64,000 nucleotides of DNA from Octopus vulgaris (Eukaryota): assembly GCA_951406725.2 (NCBI GenBank), contig OX597832.1:62558001-62622000 (forward strand), given 5' to 3'. Position 1 is the stretch's first letter. Every line of letters begins with the position of its first letter. Made by a program: the position numbers and the translations under genes. Below are positions 56,300 to 64,000 of this stretch, piece by piece. A model generated the notes under the pieces. The model saw nothing but the letters and a program-made list of their open reading frames with translations. It ran no database searches and was not told the origin of the DNA.

Positions 56300-56600
56300 T
56301 TAATAACCTTACTGAATGCTTGCGACATCAGTGACTGAAAAGCCACTGTAAGTGTCCATATCATTGGAAGTGAGATTTGGATGGTACGCAACGAGCGTAT
56401 TGCTGTCACCGAAGAGACGCAATTCGTGGAAATCATGTGATCTGGCAGTTCTGGTGCCCATACCAGACGATTCTAGTCTGCCAACGATATAAATACGTGT
56501 GCTTTTATGCACCATGTGACCGCATGAGAATATCTACCAAGATGAGTACCACAATGTTCGCCGTTCTAACTGAATATCCATGTTAAGTTGGGTATAAAGA
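56300..56600 (-). mobile_element. Possible decayed Tc1/mariner-superfamily (maT-like) transposase remnant
   Basis: Fragments HKSTR, VWAPELPD and YHPNLTS in the order expected for AHKS..WPP.SPD..HPN..SL. Confidence 0.35.
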
Positions 56601-56734
56601 AATATACAATGTAGGCTTTTAGCAATAGAGTAAATACTACTATTCGGGCCAAAGAGGATGCTTCTAGCAGGTAACCTGAGTGATCAGGATAGCAGCCAAA
56701 CTTGCATCAAATCACATAAAATATATAAATAAAT

Positions 56735-56980
56735 GCACCCTTTTAAAGCCTAGCCAGGCTCAAGGGCCCAGTTTCCCAGTTTCTATGGCGTATGTGTTCC
56801 CCAGTTGGACGGGACGCCAATCCATCGCAGCGTTACTCATTTTTGCCAGCTGAGTGGACAGGAGAAACATGAAATGAAGTGTTTTGCTCAAGAACACAAC
56901 GCGTCGCCCGGTCCAGGAATCGAAACCACAATTTTACGATCATGATGCTGACACCCCAACCGCTAAGCCGCGCGCCTCCA
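56735..56980 (-). mobile_element. SINE family C, tail type 3
   Basis: Closely similar reverse complement of 36845-37091; followed by a 21-bp tandem duplication (56975-57020). Confidence 0.9.
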
Positions 56981-58295
56981 CACTCAAACCACATGCCTCC
57001 ACACTCAAACCACATGCCTCTGTGTTAAGTGCGGAAGATGTGTATGATGTCGTTCTAGATATCTTACAAGAAAAATAAATATATGAAGTCTGAAAATTGT
57101 GATCATAAGTCTACACAATGAAGGTCAACCTGCGCCAACACAACATCAACAACAACAAGAAAGTGTCATTTCACAGCAGCAACAGCAATAATGTGTAGCG
57201 TTAAAGTAACACTACGAACAATACATAACAAACTAATTAATTAACTTACTAATTAACCAGCTGGCTATTAACAACAAAATCAGTCTCTAATTGAATGAAC
57301 CAACGAAAATTGTCTCCTTTACTTGATTCCTTCATTTTGATTTCCCTTCTCGCCATAACATTTATTTTAATTACCAAAAACAAAAGAGGGGTATCAAGGC
57401 AATTTAACTCCCCACATTTTTTTTTATTTGTAATATTGTTCCAAGTCCGTCCCTTTGTTCCGGAGTTATTTGTATCAGATAAGCCTTTGGGATTTCCTTT
57501 AGAAAATAATAAGATAAAAAATGAAAAAAATTTGCATTCACTTGAGATATTTCAATACAAATTAACAGCAACTTATTTGTTTGCTTTTAATTTTTCAAGT
57601 TTAAATGTTGATATTTTTACCTCTTAATGATAAAATAAAATTTTTTTTTTTAAATATATGTTCGTTAAATTCTTCGTCTTCTTCATTCATTTTAGTCTGG
57701 GGCAAGAACGATTCAATGGCTTTTACCTTGAATATTTATTTTAACCTTTTTTCTAAATTGATTATGTTTTGTTTCTCATTGTATCGTTTATTTTTCATCT
57801 TCTTATTTGTGATGTTTCTTTTATATATTCTATTCTTTTATCTATTGACATTGGAAATAGGAATCTGCCGGAAACAAAACATTTTTCACTCGGCGGCTAA
57901 ATCATTCAGTCGGGCGGCCATAGAATCAGCCATGTAAATTTCAGAAGCGGATTGAAGAGTCCTGATAAGGAATCTACCCAGGAGCTCTACAAACTCGTAT
58001 GGCAATGATAATAGCTTCATCACCATCATGGTTCTCATTGGACTGCCTTTCTAGTTACTGAAGGTCAGACAGTTTACAGGAAAAATACACTCAACTTAAT
58101 CGACCCCAGTACACGCTTAGTGATTATCATACCGACTTTTGAACTAGGATATACAAAGAGGACTTTGGATGAATACAAAAATAATTCGTAGAGGTTAGTC
58201 TGTGTTAATGTATAACCACGTTACCATCATTCAGTTATCTAAAAGAGAGTCCGAAAATGTCATAAGCAGTACGACTCTATCCGAGGTTAAATAAT

Positions 58296-58371
<76 letters not shown>

Positions 58372-58372
<1 letters not shown>

Positions 58373-58750
58373 TAGTCTTAATTGTGAAAGAAAACAAACT
58401 AAGCTGGATCATAGATATACATGCCCAGCAGACAACAAAGTATGCGATAAGGAAGAAAGAAAAGTCGAGAGATATGACAGGTTAGCTTGGGAAGTTAAGC
58501 AGTTGTGGTCGATGAAAAAGGTGGTAGTAGTATCAATAATTGTCGGAGCCCAGGGAACAGTGATCAAAAATCTCAAGAAGTACGTGGAACAAACAGTGGC
58601 TGCAATAAGGGTGGAGCACTTGCAGAAAACAACACTGCTTGCAACCGCTGAAATACTCCGGAAGGTGCTCGAAAAATAAGAGGTGTTACTTTAGTTCATT
58701 GGTAGTGAAAAGCTGACACTGTAGTACATCTCAGACCATAAAGACGGGCG
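58372..58750 (+). mobile_element. R4/Dong-like 3' fragment, further subfamily
   Basis: Directly after (AAT)n: IVLIVKENKLSWIIDI/CPADNKVCDKEERKVERYDRLAWEVKQLW..IIVGAQG..LQKTTLL.TAEILRKVLEK* (stop 58677-58679). Confidence 0.85.
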
Positions 58751-58983
58751 TATTCTACGTAAAATACTGTCCATATAATCTGAAATTATAAAGCAAATTC
58801 ATAATTTTCTTATGTTTTCTTAAACATTCTCTAGAATAATACTATGTGCAAAACCAAAAATATGACACCATAGGCATAACACCAACATGAACTTCTAACG
58901 TGTTTCTTTTGAGGTCTCGTGGTGAGACTTGGAGCCAACTTGTACAAATACAAAGCAAAAGTCAATCATAAAATAATAATAAT

Positions 58984-59075
<92 letters not shown>

Positions 59076-59093
59076 TGATGATGATAATGTTGT

Positions 59094-59132
<39 letters not shown>

Positions 59133-60122
59133 CGACGACGACGACGACAAACTATTGTCTCTCTAGCTATATCATTACGTGTAGTAGCAGCAGAGTCGTT
59201 GATGAACATAACAAACATGTAGTTGATTTTTTTTTTTATATTACGTCATTCGATGTCTCAGCTTATTTTATTTTTTTCTGTTGATCCAATCCCACAAATA
59301 TCGATTTTGTCCCTCTATTCAACCTGGGTCGATAAGATAATTATCTGTTACATACCGGATCGATTCAATCAATTGGCTGATTCTTTATCCACAAGAAAAG
59401 TGTCATGTGTGGAGACAAAATCAAATTGATGGACAGTCTACCTTTATAGCAAAAATAAACAAATAATAACAAAAGAACCAAGATGAAGCAGTGACAAAAA
59501 TATTCATCATTGCGAAGAAAGATATAAAATTATATATTGAACTCCCAATCATGATTGATTCAATCGTAATTGAATCATTTCTGTATAAAATACTTCTGTT
59601 TTAACTGCATCAAATAATAATAATCACAAAATAGAAATTTTCTGGTAGCGGTTCTGATGATTCTCAGTCAGTATTTATTGTTTGTTTACTGCAGAGGAAT
59701 TGGTCTAACCCGAAGACAAAATTTAGAACCCGTAATCTTTTTATTAGGCATTCATGGCCGGTAGGGAGAATGGAGAAGTTCTCCTCTGAGTTGAGACACG
59801 GCCTGAACGGTAGCAGAAGCATGAACAGTTATACTCACCTAACTGCCTTGTGGTGGTGTTGGACCCAGATCTAACATTCGATCGTTTTCGATTCAGGGCG
59901 CCTATGATAAAATCTTATATTTGTGATCATCCCACCAGTTTCTTCAGATGAGATATCTATGGTCACAGTATCTGTTATAAATATTTGGTTTCTGAATATT
60001 TAGGGAAATAGTTTCATGGAGATATGGCTATTAAGAATGTCATGATGAGAAAATTTATAACAGCACCCTTGTTGCTTTTAGAATAATTTTTGCCCATTAA
60101 AATACATAAAAGTGAGAATATA

Positions 60123-60675
60123 TTGGGTTGTCCGGAAAGTTCGCGCCGATTTTTAAAGGAAAGAAAAAGGTCAACAAATTATTGCCATTACATTTTTAAT
60201 CAACCAAATATGAAACATTTTGTTGCACAATGCATCTCCATCTTTCATTTAACTTGAAAATACTCTCTTCCCAGAATTGAGGTGGTTTCATGGCAAAGAA
60301 TTCATCAAGGTATCATCCAAGGAATTGTAATTTTTACCATTAAGACTATTCTGCACAGCCCTGAATAAGTGGAAATCCGAAGGAGCAGTATCTGGTGAAT
60401 ATGGAGGGTGGGGTAACACATCCCAGCCGAACTGCAGCAATTTTTGTCTGGTTCCCAAAGCATCAAGTGCCAAAAAGGAACTTTCTTATCTTCCATTTTA
60501 AAGGGTTACAAAATTAACACAGGTTATTGGAACGTAAACCTTCTTCTTTAAGATAGCTTAAACTGTGCTCTAAATGGAGGTGTAGTCAAGTCCTATTTTA
60601 TGGATTCAACCATGTTCTAAAATAAGTTGAAAGGTAAGCTACTATAAATCGGCGCGAACTTTCCGGACAACCCAA
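60123..60675 (-). mobile_element. Mariner deletion derivative, 553 bp
   Basis: Perfect 30-bp TIRs TTGGGTTGTCCGGAAAGTTCGCGCCGATTT, TA TSDs (60121-60122 and 60676-60677), transposase motif WDVLPHPPYSPDTAPSDFHLF. Confidence 0.95.
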
Positions 60676-62670
60676 TAGAAATGGTATATATAAATGTTTC
60701 TTTCAAAATGAAAGTTTGATAATCGTTTCGTTTGCTAGAAATATGTTCCAGACAGTTGTTTAAAAGAGGAGACAGATATAAATCACAAAATGGAGTCAAG
60801 GAAACAAAAAGGTCAAAAAGCGTGGCGACTGGAAGAGGACATTACGCAACAAAATATCTGAGAATTATGAAATGACAAACTATGGTGTATCAAATTTACA
60901 ATGTGAGATATATATTTTTATTAGTTGAACATGACAGCTGACAACTTCGCCCAATTTGAATAGATGCAGTGAGTACAAATTTTATAGTACTGTCACTACT
61001 TTAATACTCTGCGTTATTGATATTGCTGTTGGTGAGGTGTTGATGCATATTATTTAACATTCATATAGTCAGTCTGTATTTCATTGGCCGAGCTGTTTGT
61101 GGCGTTTCTGTATCTGGGAGGTTTCGAGTCTGAATACGATGTAATGTGTCGTCTGATACGAATGTCTGTGTGTGTGTGTGTGTGAGTGTGTGTGTATGAG
61201 TGAGTGTGTGTGAGAGTGTGTGAATTTTTGAAAGAGAAACAGAGAGTGGGAGGGGCGTTTCTTGAAACACCACGATGGCGGTAACATCGGGAATTCATCG
61301 GAAAGAAAAAAATACGAGAGAGCACATTTTATTCTGTATTTGGTGGGTTTTAAAAACGCAAATGATTTTAGTGGAATGAATTTTTCCAGATAACCAACGG
61401 TGTTTATTCCTTTACTTGGGAAGAGATCATGAGAACGATATATCACCAAAGTCATTCTGATGTCATTACAGTTAAAGGATCCAAATGTAATGCTTTATTT
61501 TGTTTGGGGACTTTGTTGTTGCCATTCGTATGCCACTAAAAACAGATTTTATCAACATAATTATACATTTAGAAAATTGCAAACACTAAAAACATGTATA
61601 TAAGTCTTGAAAAGTAACAATATACGCAATATTATTAAAATCCTACTCTAGATAATACCACACCCACACACGTCCAGATATTGTCGAAATTGACAGACTG
61701 TGCGTCTCGTATGCAAAAATAAGGTTCGGTTTTATGTTACTGTTTTGCGTATGTATTTAAGAGCAGATATTATCAGCATAGCTAAACATTTAAAACTTTG
61801 TGCATTTATATTCGAGAAAGGCAAGCAATCTGGAAATGAAAGACCAAAACATTGAATAAACACGGAGAATTTATATTTTCTTGCCTAAATAAGCGAAACT
61901 ATCTCATTAAATGATAAAACAGAGCCATGCAATTGTGAACAAAGAACGATAATTATTTCCTCTGCTCCCTTCAAAATATATGTCGCGCCTTAGTTATTGA
62001 CTGCCCAAGAGTGAGGCATAGTAATTTCAGGACCACTTTTCAAGTAAAATAAATACACAGTAATTCATTAATTTTAATTATTTTTCCTTCAGAAAATAAG
62101 TTGTTTTCATATCCAATAAAGAATTGTGTTTATTTTTCTTTCAAAATTACCACATTGAAAGCAATTACGCTATTTCAACAGGGCGGAGGTACACTCTAAT
62201 GCACTCAGAAACACACGAACATTGTCATAGATTCAGGGACATAGACGTTGACATCCAGAAGTTGAAAACGAAGACCCACGAAGAAAATGCTCAAAATGAA
62301 TGATCACTGCAAAGACAGACCTTCTAAATCAAACAGAATATCGTGGAAACAAACCATGACGTTTAAACCGGTAGACAAGCACACAAACTCATGCACACCT
62401 TAGTCCGGATAAGAATGAGTTTAAATGAATCGACATAATTAGAAACGCGACCAAGGTGGATATCTATGAAGATATACATTAAATAAATTAAAAGATCAAC
62501 AACGAAATACAACAGATTTCCTTGGGTTATATTTTTTTTAAATGAGGATAGGTGAAATGGAACATATCTTACGTTACTTAAAGGAATATGCTAGGGTGAA
62601 ACTAACAGTTGTAATATTGACACACACAAACATACATGCATACGTACACACACACGCACGCACACACACT

Positions 62671-62706
<36 letters not shown>

Positions 62707-62759
62707 CTATATATACATATATATATATGCGTATATATATATATACGTACATACATACA

Positions 62760-62794
<35 letters not shown>

Positions 62795-63520
62795 TAATAC
62801 GTATGCATGCATGCACGTATATGTCCACGTATTACCTACTGTGTTCCAGATAAGCGTTTTTCCAAAGAAACGCACCGTTCCCCTGGTTGTAGCAAGTCCA
62901 TAGCAGCCTCACGATCGCACTCTCCTTCTCTGTCTCTCTCGCCCTCTCTTTCTCCCTCTCTTTTTCTCCTTCCTTCTTCCTTATTCTCTTCGCCATTCTC
63001 TCTCCCCCTCTCTTCCTCCATTTCTCTCTCCCTCTCTCGGGATCATTTAGCTGATAACAAATACTTTGCAAGCTCTAAAAGATGAGACCCGTGTTTAATG
63101 AATAATAGATGACAATGGAGCATGGCACGTTGGGTGGGTGAGGAGAAAGAGAGAAAATGCCGTATCAATTTGCAATGAAACAAGCCATCTATGTCAGTCA
63201 TAAAAAAAAAACAGCTGAAAATATACACACACACACATATATATACACTAACACGTATGCCAATAAATAGATAAGCGTGTGTGTGTGTATGGAACGAATG
63301 AAGAAATATGTGCAAAGGTGTATACATGAAGTACAGAAATCTGCTTGAATGTACACACACACGCAAACACACACACACACAATCACTCACTCACACTTTC
63401 ACACATGTATATATTCATATGTATACATATAAATACGTAAGACACAGAATCATACATTCTTACATGCATACATACACACATACATATGTAGGTATGTGTG
63501 TGCCTGTAGGTATGTGTGCA

Positions 63521-63552
<32 letters not shown>

Positions 63553-63612
63553 CTTGTGTGTGTGTGAGTGTGTAAACATACATATATATGTATGTATATA
63601 TATATATACAAA

Positions 63613-63658
<46 letters not shown>

Positions 63659-63727
63659 ACCAATCAATACTGAGACATTCACAAGCGTATACACAAATAT
63701 TTCAGGCATATAGATGTAAATATATTC

Positions 63728-64000
63728 TTTTCTACTCTAGGCTCCAAGGCCTGAAATTTTAGGGGAAGGGGCCAGTCGATTAGATCGACCCAGTGTGTAA
63801 CTGGTATATATTTAATCGACCCCGAAAAGAAGAAAGGCAAAGTCGACCTCGGCTGAATTTGAACTCAGAACCTAACGACAGATGTAACACCGCTAAGCAT
63901 TTCGCCCAGCGTACTAATGTTTCTTATTTCTTTTTTGCCCGCAAGGGGCTTCACACAGAGGGGACAAAAAAGGACAGAAAAACAGATTAAGTCGATTATA
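63728..64000 (-). mobile_element. SINE family B dimer, runs off the window edge
   Basis: Same tail-core-linker order as 25836-26216. Confidence 0.85.

Noticed and set aside
59830-59975. Consensus splice donor AG|GTGAGT on the minus strand, possible exon
   Set aside because: No strong acceptor, and the upstream frames I read hit stops or give no recognisable peptide; a single motif is expected by chance.

Overview
AT-rich, microsatellite-saturated eukaryotic (metazoan) non-genic DNA. The repeat content looks like a coleoid cephalopod, probably Octopus; this is an inference from the repeat style, not from a search. I found no host protein-coding gene, rRNA, intact tRNA or CRISPR array, and most ORFs in the track are simple-repeat artefacts. 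Two real long ORFs are present, both from retroelements. The first is a Penelope-like element (RT plus C-terminal GIY-YIG, 18643-21624, minus strand) inserted in (TA)n. Its 3' region carries CCAAT boxes, a TATA-like box, a minimal type I hammerhead ribozyme motif and a polyA signal, and its 5' end is duplicated. The second is a 5'-truncated R4/Dong-like non-LTR element (RT, CCHC, restriction-like endonuclease, 34852-36773, minus strand) in (TAA)n, with about seven further fragments from divergent subfamilies, most of them in TAA arrays. The window also holds about 30 tRNA-derived SINE copies with shuffled head, core and tail modules (including TSD-flanked multimers), mariner deletion derivatives, a 9-bp-TSD Mutator-like MITE, decayed RTE and PLE remnants, and short hammerhead-like elements in (TA)n. 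Boundaries of decayed copies are approximate.
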